Assembly (NCBI GenBank): GCA_973895155.1
Contig: OZ316893.1
Coordinates: 3,640,490 to 3,704,489 of the forward strand
Source of the DNA: Marsupella aquatica
Taxonomy: Eukaryota > Plantae > Marchantiophyta
Reading direction: 5' to 3'
DNA: 64,000 nt
Of the stretch, positions 27,641 to 39,804 are shown piece after piece; within the stretch, counting starts at the first letter, position 1, and every line of letters starts with the position of its first letter. The position numbers were made by a program, and so were the translations under genes. The notes under the pieces are model-generated. The model was not told the origin of the DNA. It did not search any database and was given only the letters and a program-made list of their open reading frames with translations.

Positions 27641-28686
27641 TGAAGCTCCCTCTCGTAAACTCTATCTAAGCCACTCCAAAGCTTTCCCTGTTCCCCACCT
27701 GCTCCCGCACTCCTCTCGCCACTTCAAGTCATGAATACAGGACTCAAGCCATCTCCCTCACCGAAATTCGAAGTTGGCCTCGCCATCCGAAGGTCTCCAC
27801 CCACCCCTGTTCATCAGGAAACGACCCAATCCCCAAACTCACATTCCCAATTTGTCAAGATCTCATTTTGGTCCCTGTTCAGAGTGTTCGTGTGGTGCAG
27901 TCACCCCCATTTCATCAATGGACCTCCATCTCTGTAGAAAATTTGGAGCTTGTCATCCTCTCTTCTCCTCTCGTCTCCTCGTAACGTGAATCCAATCCCA
28001 GAGGTCTGTTTGAATCTGAAGGATTCGAATTTGCAGCTCAACAGCAGAGCGGTAAAGTTCCTCGATGCTATACTGTTACAGAATTAGCGGAGTTTTTCAT
28101 GGGCCCTCCAGGAACAACATGGTCCCAGAGGGACCACGTCAAAGTCCCCTGTGGGCACTCGTGGACGGCCAAGGATTACAAGATTGTGACTTATTTTACT
28201 AGTTGATATTAAACCACACCTGCCCCTACAAAGTTATATAGTGCACATAAAAAGTGCACAAGTTCATGAATGGGCACAAAAGGTAAGGTGGTGAGTGCAA
28301 AACCTTTTATTAGCAAGCGCTCCATTTTTTATGGTGAGACACTATTCATCACAGTACAAGAACGAGGAGTGCGGGGAAGGGGGCTTTTATACTAGCACCA
28401 AAATGCTTCAGACCTTGACAATTGGGAATGTGGCATTTTGGATCCAGCATAATAAACCCCAAGAAAGCCAGGTGACAAAAGGGACACTCTTCTGTTGACT
28501 TTGATGTCTATGTTTGTCACATATGTAAATGACTGACTCTCACATCCAAAACGTTATGCCTTCTTGCACATGCTATGTAGTTGGACTTAACCTTAACCCT
28601 TTCAATTGTGAACCTCATATCCAAACGTTATGCCCCAATTATCCCTTATCACCGTGGCACTCTTGGTTCTGTGGGTCACCCAATAT

Positions 28687-28857
28687 AGATGTCCCTGTGA
28701 TAGATAGATGGATTGAAGGAATGAGCTATTGTTGGTTTGGAGCCCTCACTAATTTGGGAATGTTCCATCTATATGCTACAAACATTCCCAAACTAGTGAC
28801 GCTCTGGACAAACAATAGCTCCTTCCTTCAATCCATCTATCTATCATAGGGACATCT
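28687..28857. repeat. Long fold-back hairpin (~75-bp imperfect stem); MITE or small-RNA precursor
   Basis: agatgtccctgtgatagatagatggattgaagg...tttgggaatgtt pairs with aacattcccaaa...ccttcaatccatctatctatcatagggacatct. Confidence 0.75.
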
Positions 28858-29030
28858 CCGGTCGGATCAGTAGGTTGAGGCCCTTCCCCTTATCCATGCC
28901 ATCTCACACTCCATGCAAGGGAGGGAAAGGGGCAGGGAGTTAAATGCTGGACATCAATGCCCTCTACCCGCCTACACACCCCGCCTGACATTAGAATTGT
29001 TTTGTCCTGATATCAGGCCTTGCAATCATT

Positions 29031-29295
29031 AGGGCATCTCAAATCTTGGAAATTAAGAATGATGGCATTTGATCATAAACAAAAGTTCATAACTTTTTCA
29101 CAAGATAATAGTGTAAAAGTTTTTTTTGTTTTTTACCAGCCTATACAGTGTCTAATGGTGATGGCATAAGACCAATCCTTATGTCAAAAAGTTATGGACT
29201 ACAGAATTAACAGTCCGTAACCCATAACTAGAGAGTTAAGGTAAAGGTTAAGGTAAAGGTTAAGGTACATCAAATTGTCAGCTTTGAGATGCCCT
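29031..29295. mobile_element. Tourist/PIF-Harbinger-like MITE
   Basis: Perfect 13-bp TIR agggcatctcaaa/tttgagatgccct, 3-bp flanking duplication att, AT-rich body. Confidence 0.65.
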
Positions 29296-30201
29296 ATTAT
29301 TAACATTCAGAAATACATATAAAGTTGGACCCACCTATTTTCTCCTTGAGTGCACTTTAACTATTCACAAAATACATAATTAGTTCGTGGACCCCTTGGC
29401 TAATTGACAGCATGGTTATCACAAGTACTTGTCAAAATCAAGCCTTTTCGCTACATGCTACCAAATTCTCAAGCTACTAGAGTCAGAATTCATTCTGTGA
29501 CAAGTCCATTTACAATTAGATGAATGTCTGATCAAATGAATTGTATTACTTGAGTTCAACTTAGGACCATGGCTAGCAATTTTCCTTGATTGCATTGGGC
29601 CGGAAATCCAGGTGCCAATTACCCTTTAACAAGGAAGTTATCAAGTTAGTTACTAGCCATTATTTATTATATGAAAAATAATTTTTATAAATCTTTGAAT
29701 TGAAGTTTTAAAATTGGAAATGTAACTAAAACGGTTATATAGTGACGGTTTTAACTGTCTTGCTCTTTGCATTTCTAATTTTTTACTTTTCTTTTTACAG
29801 TATGGAGTCCTAAAATTTACACCCAAATTGACACAAACACGAATGAAAATTTGATTCACAAAATTGATAAATCTTGTTTGTTTCGGTTGTTGTTGATGGT
29901 GACACAATGTGGTGCTAGGAATTTTGAAAAAGACCTCTAGTGGGATCCATAAAGACTCACCACTGATGGGTATAATAATCCAACCCAACACTCCCCATCA
30001 AATTGACATCCAGTTCTGATCTCCATACCCCCGCATCACAAGCCAAGACGATTGTTAGTTATATACCTAGAAAAAACAGCATACCCTATTATGGGTCAAA
30101 AACGGGGTTTGTTATTGTGATATGGAAAATCGGTCCAACCCATGGGCCCAGGCCATATGGCACAACACGCCACATTTTAATGTGCAACCAAAAATGCAAC
30201 A

Positions 30202-30210
30202 CCACGTGGC
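30202..30210 (+). promoter_or_regulatory. G-box/ABRE (CCACGTGGC) upstream of the small LEA-like gene
   Basis: Exact ACGTGGC ABRE core, with a CE3-like cacgcg about 20 bp downstream. A short motif like this could occur by chance. Confidence 0.35.
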
Positions 30211-30458
30211 AGGGAATTCCAAGCAGCAGACACGCGCCCTCTTCCCAACTACCGAGCGCTGATGATAGGTACACTTGGCATCATCCTAGAAGTCCCATAT
30301 TCGTGATGCTCTTCAGACGGTGACGAAGCGGTCTGAGCTTGCCTCAAGTTTCCCCTCTCGAGAATGGCCTCACAATAATCAATTGTCACCTCGTGTACTG
30401 TCTGCGTGCATTGTGACCATCATCCTGCCTCTGTGTTGCAGCATTTGGATTGCGTGAT

Positions 30459-30579
30459 CTGTAATTGGGGACTTCGTTATATCACAGGAGTGAAGTTTTC
30501 TGCTCCAAGCGAGGCAAGAACTGTAATTAGGGACTTCGTTACACAGGAGTGAAGTTTTCTGCTCCAAGCGGGGCAAGAA
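30459..30579. repeat. ~60-bp tandem duplication
   Basis: ctgtaatt.gggacttcgtta...cacaggagtgaagttttctgctccaagcg.ggcaagaa occurs twice. Confidence 0.85.
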
Positions 30580-30877
30580 GCAGCTGCATCATCAATCCCT
30601 GGGCTCGGTCCGTTTCAGGGTCGCGTTTTGATTTTCATTTCAGCTAGACTGATCGGGCTTCGAAGTTGAACTTTGTCATGAGCAGGGTTCGGAAAAAGTT
30701 ATATTTCCAGGGAACTTGATTGATTTGTTTTCTGAGAGGTGGCTGAAATCCGAGAAACACTGCGAGCTGAGGAGGTGATCAGAAGGTTAGGACGGGTTCC
30801 GACCGATCGGTCTCGTTGGGTGGTTGAGTTAGCTCGCCTGTAAGATCGAAGGCTTTGGTTCACTTCGATTTCGTTCA

Positions 30878-32240
30878 ATGGAGGCTGCGAAGGATGCTAC
30901 AAATGCCGTGAGGAACACGGTGTACACCGTTGCTCAAAACTTTGACGCAAAGCTGTTTAGTGCAGAGGATACCTCTCGACAGAAGGTCAGTTGGCCTTTC
31001 CTAGTGACAAGACCTTTCAAGGAGGACCTTCGAAAGTAAAGGAAATCATCACAACCTAAATGCAATTTCCTTTAATTAATGAACTAATTGGCCATGGCAG
31101 TGATGCATGGTGGGAGTCGCCTCACGAATGCGAGTGCTAGAGCGAAAACTTCAGCAGCTTCTAGGATTTTTGGGTCACATAAGTTCACGTTTAATACTGA
31201 TCAAATTGCCAAATGCTCGGACATCAAATGGCAGGCGGCAGACAAGGAGCTCGAGAAGACAGAAAATGTGAAGACAGCCACGGAGGCCCCAAATCTGACA
31301 GACGAATCCGGTAAGCGTAATTGATTTCTTCTCGGGCTGGTGGTTTGTCTTACATGGAGCTAGTAAAATTGAATTTGAGCTAGTCCACGCCAACTGATGA
31401 ACACTTCGATGGATAAAACTGAAGTAAGCAGAGTGGTTTAGAACAGGAGAGTAGTTATAATTCCTAAGCAATAATTGTATACTGAGGCCAGTAAATCGTG
31501 CCAGCTTCGACGACTGCTAAGTGAGCATTTCAATATCCCAGTTTGTTTTTTCAAGTTTCAGTCCTCTCGAACTGAAGTCGACTGAGAGAGAAACAAGAAC
31601 AGAATTAGCAGTCCACTTTGAAATCTTAGCAAATTCTGGGGTTCTTAACAACCACTTAGCAAGATATATTCGAGAATCACCAGAGCCAAGAAATTCCTAG
31701 TTTATGAAGAAATTTCTACAGGAAAGTATAACCAAGCCAGTTATGGTGTTTTGAGTGCTCTTGATTTGAGTTTAGGTCCCCAAATTCATTGATCATCGTT
31801 GTAGAATTTTGTTTCAAGTTTATATTTAATTTTCATTTTCAGATTTTGTTGTGTTGCTCTGACTAGATACAATGCCGACTTTGGCTGAAATCATTAGTCC
31901 ATGATTCCAAATTATAGCTCACCACTGATTTGTTCAAGTTCAGCGTATGACCGGTGTCACAGCAGAATGGGACGAAATGTAACTTAATATGATCTTACTC
32001 TAGTCCGACGAACATTCCTTGAAAATAGAGAGGCCAACACGTCCTTGCCTGTGAGACACGGGTACTTACTCTACTTGAAGGTAGACAGGGGACTTCTAAG
32101 TTCTGGCTTTTCATTTGAACTCAAAACGATCCGGTTCTGTCGATGGCGTTATGGCAGATACCCAGCCAACGGAGAAAGCGAAGAGTCTTGTCGATAATCT
32201 CGGCAAGCTTGGTAACACGCCCTTCGACGCTCAGCAATAG
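30878..32240 (+). CDS. Small hydrophilic LEA-like protein, 3 exons (30878-30985, 31235-31310, 32158-32240), 88 aa
   Basis: Splice model with donors AG|gtcagt and G|gtaagc and two tggcag| acceptors. Product: MEAAKDATNAVRNTVYTVAQNFDAKLFSAEDTSRQKAADKELEKTENVKTATEAPNLTDESDTQPTEKAKSLVDNLGKLGNTPFDAQQ (A/K/E/T/D-rich, no Cys or Trp). The family assignment rests on composition only. Confidence 0.6.
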
Positions 32241-33142
32241 CAAAGGTTCAGCCAGCCAATGCAGAAAGCGAAAAGTTTTGTTGGTGATCTTGGCAAGCTT
32301 GGTCCTACGCTAAATGCTGTCTAAATCAGCAAGTGGACGGCTATATACCATACACTGTGAAAACCATATGAGTGGAGTTGATTTGGCCAGGTCGGAGGTG
32401 AAGTCCACTGAGGTTGAAGACTGTTGACGGATCGACACATTTGCATTTGAGCTTTTTTCGTTTCTGGCCGAGGAAGTCGGAAAGATCAGTTGTTCATACA
32501 GATCCTCGGTCAATTCGGTATTATTTATGCATTAGTAAAGAATTTCGGTTCTTTGATGGAGCAATGGGAAGTTTTTGGTGCTTCTGGAATAGGTCGGAAC
32601 ATTTGTTGAAACATCATGAATTCTAATCCGACAGTTGAAGCTGAGGCTCATGGGAAACCTATCTCTTAGTTGGTTGCCAGAGTACGAACTGATCAGGTTA
32701 GTGACTCCTGAACTTCCACCTTGATCAAGGTCTAAGAGACTACGTGACGCAGAGTCGAAGCACCAAAAACCGGTTGGTACAGCAGAACCTCTGGAAGTCT
32801 AAGCGCGCCTTGCTTTGTATACAAATCCCCGATTTGCCCCCAGTAAATTGAATTCAGTTTTCACAATTCGTTGTTCCTAGCTTACTGCTCATTGCAGTCG
32901 GCAATTAGTATTAGTTTTCTCCATCCAATTGCACTCTCCCAGTTTCCGTGTCCATGGTCTCCAATTCCTGTTAGATCACTCATGATAAGCTAGCTGGTTG
33001 CTCTGTCCACACTTCCGTGTCCCTGCTCGCTCCATTGAGCACGTACAGACAGAGACACTGACTGATTTTATTTCGGTGCAATTTCGGCATTACGACAAGG
33101 CAATTTACGTACGTTCCGAGGCTTAAGAGAGTAGTGTCTTCG

Positions 33143-33583
33143 ATGGCCCCTTTGGCTACTCCACACGGAATGCAATCGCATGGCGTCAAACCGAAGAAAA
33201 AACGTGAGGTTGTGGCTCTACTCAACGTTTGTGTACAAGAGATCGACCAACTAACTGCATTGTTGGAGAGATTGGCGCTCATAGCATCACGCGATCGAAA
33301 AGAACAGGCAGAATTGTTAACTCGCATTCTGAGCAAACAGGCTGGAGGGAGTACTGCTACGTCTCTGTGGAAGGAGTTGAGAGCCCTATCGGAGGCCATG
33401 AAGACGCACAATGAGCGGGCTGCAGGTAGTAGAGTTGAGACAACAATTGCGCTGATAGAGCTGAGAGCCAAAATCCGGCACCACTTCAATCGTACCTTCG
33501 AATTTCTTCGCGAACTCGGTCCCAATCCCGATTCCGATTCCGATGAAGACATTCCGCAAAGATGGTGCTGCCTAAAATGGTGA
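33143..33583 (+). CDS. Hypothetical 146-aa helical/coiled-coil protein
   Basis: Single ORF with protein-like amphipathic composition, a basic KPKKKR patch, an acidic PDSDSDED tail and terminal WCCLKW. No family recognised. Confidence 0.5.
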   Translation: MAPLATPHGMQSHGVKPKKKREVVALLNVCVQEIDQLTALLERLALIASRDRKEQAELLTRILSKQAGGSTATSLWKELRALSEAMKTHNERAAGSRVETTIALIELRAKIRHHFNRTFEFLRELGPNPDSDSDEDIPQRWCCLKW

Positions 33584-36500
33584 AATGACCTAGGTAGTAG
33601 TTACCAGTTGGCTAGACATATGTGAGACTATGATTCCGTCCGACGATCTTCTTATTTGCTATCAATTTACTGTAAGCTTAAACGACATTCATTTGCATTC
33701 TTCCTCGATCATTCTGGAAACTCTAATTAAGGTGTTGCCTGCCGGGAGAGATTCTCATATTCAGAGAATTATTGTACAGCTTGCGACCATTCTATCTCAG
33801 AATGGACCGATCGGTTGCACCGTCGGAACTTCGTACATTCTAGTAAACTTGCCTGAAACCTTCAGTGAAACTGACGAAAGGTACATTTTCTAATTAGTTG
33901 GAACTGACAGTCGCTAGTGAATTGAGCTCACGTTGGTTGTAAAAGCCGACGTTGTGAATAACAGGTGCAAATGGACCCAGTTTCTCCCAATCAAAATGTC
34001 ACTCATATTGGCAGCCGTATCACGTGAAGCTTAAGCCGGCGCGTCAACCTGTTCTACATTCCAGATTTGACAAACTAATTTGCAATCATCAGTTCACTTT
34101 ATTGAATGAATTTAGATGCTAGCAATGGTATCCACTTTGTGCGTTAGTCTACAAAGGCGAGGAACGTGATGCAACTTAGGGTATTATATTCTAGGTGACA
34201 CTAGGTGACACGAGTGCGGGTGCTCGACACAGAGGTCTGCTCGTGAAATATAGCTAACTAGTCCAAGGCAATTGAGAAAACTCATGAATTTAACAAGCTT
34301 CCATCGATATGATCGACGATCATGTGTGAAATGCTACACCTATTGTCGACCAGTTTGTAGGATGCCAGAAGCATCCTGATCGTTTTCAGAAACATTCCAG
34401 ACAAATTTGGTATCCATTTTACAGCTGCTATTTGGTCAAGCCGGAAGGTCACAAGGCACTATTCTGTCAATTGCTAGCTGGGTCGTACCGTCATCAGTAC
34501 GTACAGTGAAAGCTTCCTACTTCATTCCCGATTTCATTTTTAACTATGCGAACATCTTGAACAGTAGGAAACAATCAGTGCCCGCTAAAGCGACAACCAT
34601 TCGGTGCTGCATTCCGTGTATAGTTGATCTCGATCTATTCCGCCCATAAAAGCGCCTACAATTCGGCAGGCAATTCGGCTGTCATGATCACAAATATTCC
34701 AGTCATTTAATTCGATAATTCATAATTCTCACTAAAACAGGTGACCCTTTCGATATTTCTTGTTAAATTTGGGTTTTGTTTTACCATCGACCACAATAGT
34801 CATTTTAAAATCTATTCTAGTTAGCACAGGACCTTCCTAGTCTTTACTAGACCCACAGCCGGAGAGGAGCAACGTATTATTATAATTTGACCATCATCTG
34901 AACCGCCGCAACCATTCCCGTGGACATTAATTTCAGGGCACAATTTGTGCTCTGCGTAGGAGATTGAGTACTAACTATAATTTCGCTACTCAAGGCAAAT
35001 CTCCCGAAGCTGCGCCAAATCTTTGGTCATTTCTGTAGCCATGTGCGATCGACGTCACGGATAGTCGCCATATTACCCTCGACCGGAATTTCGGTCAAAA
35101 GTTTCAATCCTGCTTGAATAACTAGGGCCGAGATTTCGGTCACTTCGATAGCTGTGACCGACATCACTATTGGCTGTCCTTTCCAGCCGGTGGCTAGGGC
35201 TGTAATTGTGGTCATTTCGGTAGCCAAGAAGTACACATTTGTCAAACCTGACTGCTTCGAGAGACAATTTCGGTTACTTCTATAGGAGCGACTGATATCG
35301 CGGATAGAAGCGCAACTGACATCTTGGATGTTACATTTTATACGCATAATCGCATTTCGGCCAGTTAGCGCTGTGACTGCGCAGACTTGTAACAAAGTTG
35401 TATTCGATTGAAACAACCGCCGCGTGAGAAAAGCCAGCAGCAGTAGATGTGAATTATTCATCGCGTGGTAGGAGATCGGGACGCTTCCTTTCTCGACAGG
35501 ATAGAAGTGGTGAAAGTCTCACGGCTTAATTATAGTTATGCAGCGGAGCTAAGTAGACTTCAATTCCAAATAAATAATGGGCCCGACGCGCGCAAGTTCT
35601 CAACGCGTTTCATCTCCTTATTATGAAACGACATCTATTCCGTTTGCACTGTTGGACCGCAAATACGATCATTCCCTCCGCTCATCCAGAACGTCGATAA
35701 AAGTGATGATTCTCCTTCTTGGTTTAGTCTTAGTCTTGAGTCTACTCAGGAGACGAGCAATGTGATGCGTCGGCAGCATGCGAGAAAAAGACACAAGAGA
35801 GCTCTAAATTAATAGAGAGTTCAGGGCAATAAACCGAGAATTACGGAAACGTTCATGTAATGAATGAGATCCAAGAACTTAGGCATTGCCTCGAAAAAAC
35901 CATTTGAATTACATCCAAAAAGCCAACTTAGGCATTTGAGCATGAGTCTCACTCAATAATCGAATTAATAGCTCTCACTTATATGACGAGGCTCCACTGC
36001 AGTCAGGAGCTTGCTTTGAGAACATATATGTAGATGCAGTTTTGAACGAGGAAGAGCTAGTTTCAATCTTGAATATCGCCCTGATTCAAAGGAGTCATGC
36101 ATGCACAGTAGAACACGAGTTTTGATGCACGTAGGAGTCTCGGACTGGAGAGTGGAAATTTAACAGATAGATTGTGGTCACTGTGCTATTGGCAGCTGCG
36201 GCAGTGGGGGCCATAGACGCAGCTGAGCAATCGGTCGTTCCAATTAGCTAGTTAAGGATCTGGAAAAATTCTGATACGCATTCCAACTCAAGCATGGTAA
36301 GCTAGGAGGATTCTGAGTAGCGAATCTCGTCCAAAATTGCCTCTGCGGGCTCACTGAGGGAACCCCGGAAAATCTCCATCACCGCAATTATATTAAGGAT
36401 TGTCAGCGGGAGCTAATTATATAAACCGATATTTCCTTTCTTGGAATTTAAGGTGGGCGGCCGAGCAGATCATACTGTTAACTGCATATTTAAGGAATCT

Positions 36501-37552
36501 TAGAATTGAAAACATAGTCGACCGCCAATCGACTGTAAGCCCGAAGCTCGATCAGGGATATTAATTAGAACAAGACCTACATTCTTGAACGTGAGGTGTA
36601 CAAGTCGTCGCTGCATTCATTGAATGGTTGGCAAAAATAACATGAAGTCTGTAACTGGTCCATGATAAATTCAGAGGGTGGCTTCAGTGTGAAAAACAAA
36701 TACTTTAGTACACAGTTTAATAGGCCCAACCCTAAACATCCGGCCGGAACCCCGTTCTATGATTTTAAGAAACAAATCTTCACATTTGTCCTTAGCGTCC
36801 TGAGGCAAGTTGAGCGGTAACAGTTCTCCCCAAAGTGTGGCTTAATTATTACCTCATCCCAGCCAAAAGTTTCCAGCATGGGAATCACGCAGTACTGTAG
36901 CCTAGACTGCATTCGGGTCCATTAACATACCACCTGGGGCGACGATTTGAGGGCAATAATTAATCACATCAAGCTGCCATCGTGTCCTACAGGCCAGGAC
37001 GTGCTTCAGGAGTGGTTCATAAATTAGTATGGTTTAGGCAACTCGCCAGACTCGTCCTCTCGAGGGGCGATGTCTCGTGGACGTCTTGTGTCCTCGAGTC
37101 GCAAATCGTACGCTCGGCGTTGACGTAATTGCCAAAAAACTGGGCTAGATCGACCTCCTAGGAATTGTGCATGCCAGTTCACTGTTCAATACGGGACGGG
37201 AGTTCAACCTTTGAACCTGGAAACACTTAGCCATCGCAATGGTGCGGCCAGATCGAATTCTAGACGTGGTTTGATTTTGCTACACAACTGGACGAGTCGG
37301 CTGACCAGATCAGCAAAGAGGCAACTGGTAGGTAGGGCTAAAGTGTACCTGGATCTCATACTCCTGCGGTCACTAGCTAGCTGCCTAATCGAACTACTGA
37401 AAGCTTGTGTTCGAGTTAATTAATGAAGAGATCGGTCACTACAGTATTTAAGGTTACTGTACCTGGAGTCGATCGATCAAGTACCAGCAGTAATCGACCA
37501 GGGTACAATTGCAAGTAAACGCGGGCGAATACTTGAAAATGCTTCCAACGGA

Positions 37553-39804
37553 TATTCAGGGAGACGAGTCCCTGTTTTGTCATTAAATGCATCTTGGTTT
37601 TCCCCCACACCTCACCGGAAAACTCTCCTCGTTTTTCTGTCCCACTTTTTTCAGGCCAGCCTTTTTGGGTCCCCTAGCTGCCCCTGCCCATCCCATGCTT
37701 GGGCAGCCCTTAAAACCTAGCCCTTTTTGGTAACCACTTTATTTCTATATTTTTATTTCTATACTTTTATTTTAAATAATGGGTTCTCTGGCCCGCTCTC
37801 TGGTCATTAGTCAGATTTTTCTAACTGTATTTTGAAAGTTTGAAACATGGAAATAAGACCAAAGAGCCAAATAAGGCTAGCGCAGTCACCAATTGCAAGA
37901 AGAACTAAACCCTCCCTACAAATATAATTTTTTTCAGACAGGAATTCCTCTCAGCATTGAGTGTGGTTGCATTGAGGTCTCTTTTGTAGGAACAAAATTA
38001 TCTCAGGTTCCAGAAAAGAACTATCTGGTTGAAGGAGAATGTATATGTGACATTTCCAAAGAACAAAAAATGTGAAACCAGGAAACAGGATACCAAAGGC
38101 AAGTGACTCAATAAAGGGGTGAAAACATTAGCCTAACCTCTGTAAGATTAAAGAGCCAAAATAAGCCTGAGTCCAAACAACTGCAAAAATGACTAAAATA
38201 ACTACAACCCTACAGACAAATTTTTTTGGCATGAATCAAAGGATGTCGGTTGAGAAATGGAGTTGAGAAAAGACAAAGAAAGGAATTTCAAGGCAGAAAC
38301 TAAACGATCACAAAAAGCGCCAGCAAAATACTTGGTGGGTCCCCTCTAGGTAAAGATATTCGTGACTCTCACTTTTCAAATATACTTAATGGGGCCCCTT
38401 GTCCCTGCAACCCTTTCTCATGACCTGTGTCAGTGATTCTTTTCTGCATTTTTTAATTGTAACATAATCCTACAATTATCTACATCAGTCCACCAAATGT
38501 ACTCTCTAGAAGCAATTTTAAGTGTACACTTGCTTAAAATAAATAGATAACATATGTACAAAGTATTTAGCCCTTGTCACTCCCATATTCATTTTTTTTC
38601 ATGTGTTGAAATACTTGTGCAAGGTAAGTACTACTTTAAGGTACCTAATATTTACTCTCTTTAGTTATTCCATCTCAAATTTTTTGGCAGTACTCACACC
38701 TGAAAGTATTTCTCCAAAGCATAGTCTTACCTGAACTTTAGTAAGGCGAGTCAATGGTTTTGGGTACTATTTTTTAAAATTTGTTTTCTGCAAATAAATC
38801 AAGTGTGATTTAAACAATTCTTTGATGCTATTTTGCCAAAAAAAGGAGTCCAACGTGAGTATTTCCTAAACACACCGAGTTCTTTTTGTGAAAGTTTCTT
38901 TTGTGTCACTTTGAGTAAACATAGAGATGTGAATTGTGATATGATTTTGATAGCTAATTTTGTGGTTGTTTCACCAACATTGAGCTCAAATTTTAAGGTC
39001 ATATAACTGCTTTTACATTTGTTACTATATGCATCCTAGTGCTCATTTTTATGAATCAATTGATGCCTTGTGAATTTAATTAGTGCATTGTGTACTAAGC
39101 TAAACAATAAAAATTACCATTTAAGTGACATAAATTGCCTGAAATGCTCTAGCTAGATGCTCACATCTGAAAAAAACTTTCACAAAAATAACACCAACGA
39201 AAAGCTCAAGTCTAACATGAATATTTCCACAAAGGTTTTTGGCAAAATAGCATCAAAGAATGGTTTAAGGGCCACTTGATTTAACTGCAAAAAACAAATT
39301 AAAAAAAATAGCACCCAAATAGCATCGGTGAGGCACCCGGATTTCACCCAAACCATTGGTTCACCTTACTAAAGTTCACGGAAGACTATTCTTTGGAGAA
39401 ATTGGGGAAAGACATAGAAAGGGGATAAGGGAAAGAGTAGATGCTTGTCGTAAACACTCCTTCATGTCATAGCAACTTTGTTCACCACCCCTACTCAACA
39501 AACAGTCAGCAGCTGGAAGGGTGGGGTTTTAGGGGCTGCCCAGGCATGGGATGGAACCCAAAAAGGTTGGCCTGAAACCAACTTGTGACACAAAAATGAG
39601 GAGAGTCTTCAGGTGGGGTGTTGGGAAAGAAGGGTGTGATTTTAAGGGCTGCCCAGGCATAGGATGGGCAGGGGCAACGAGGGAACCCAAAAAGGCTGGC
39701 CTGAAACTGAATTGTGACACAAAAATGAGGAGGGTCTTCCGGTGGGGTGCGGGGGAGAACCGAGGTGCATTTAATGACAAAACAGGGACTAGTCTCCATG
39801 AATG
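37553..39804. mobile_element. Non-autonomous TIR DNA transposon, 2252 bp, ~170-bp TIRs
   Basis: The left end tattcagggagacgagtccctgttttgtcattaaatgca... matches the reverse complement of the right end ...tgcatttaatgacaaaacagggactagtctccatgaatg. Flanking direct repeat caacgga (37546-37552 and 39805-39811). No transposase ORF. Confidence 0.8.
38708..39402. mobile_element. Nested fold-back/MITE-like element inside the TIR transposon
   Basis: 38708-38845 is an imperfect reverse complement of ~39235-39402. Confidence 0.55.

Noticed and set aside
32980-33552. 190-aa minus-strand ORF
   Set aside because: It is the antisense shadow of the more protein-like plus-strand ORF.
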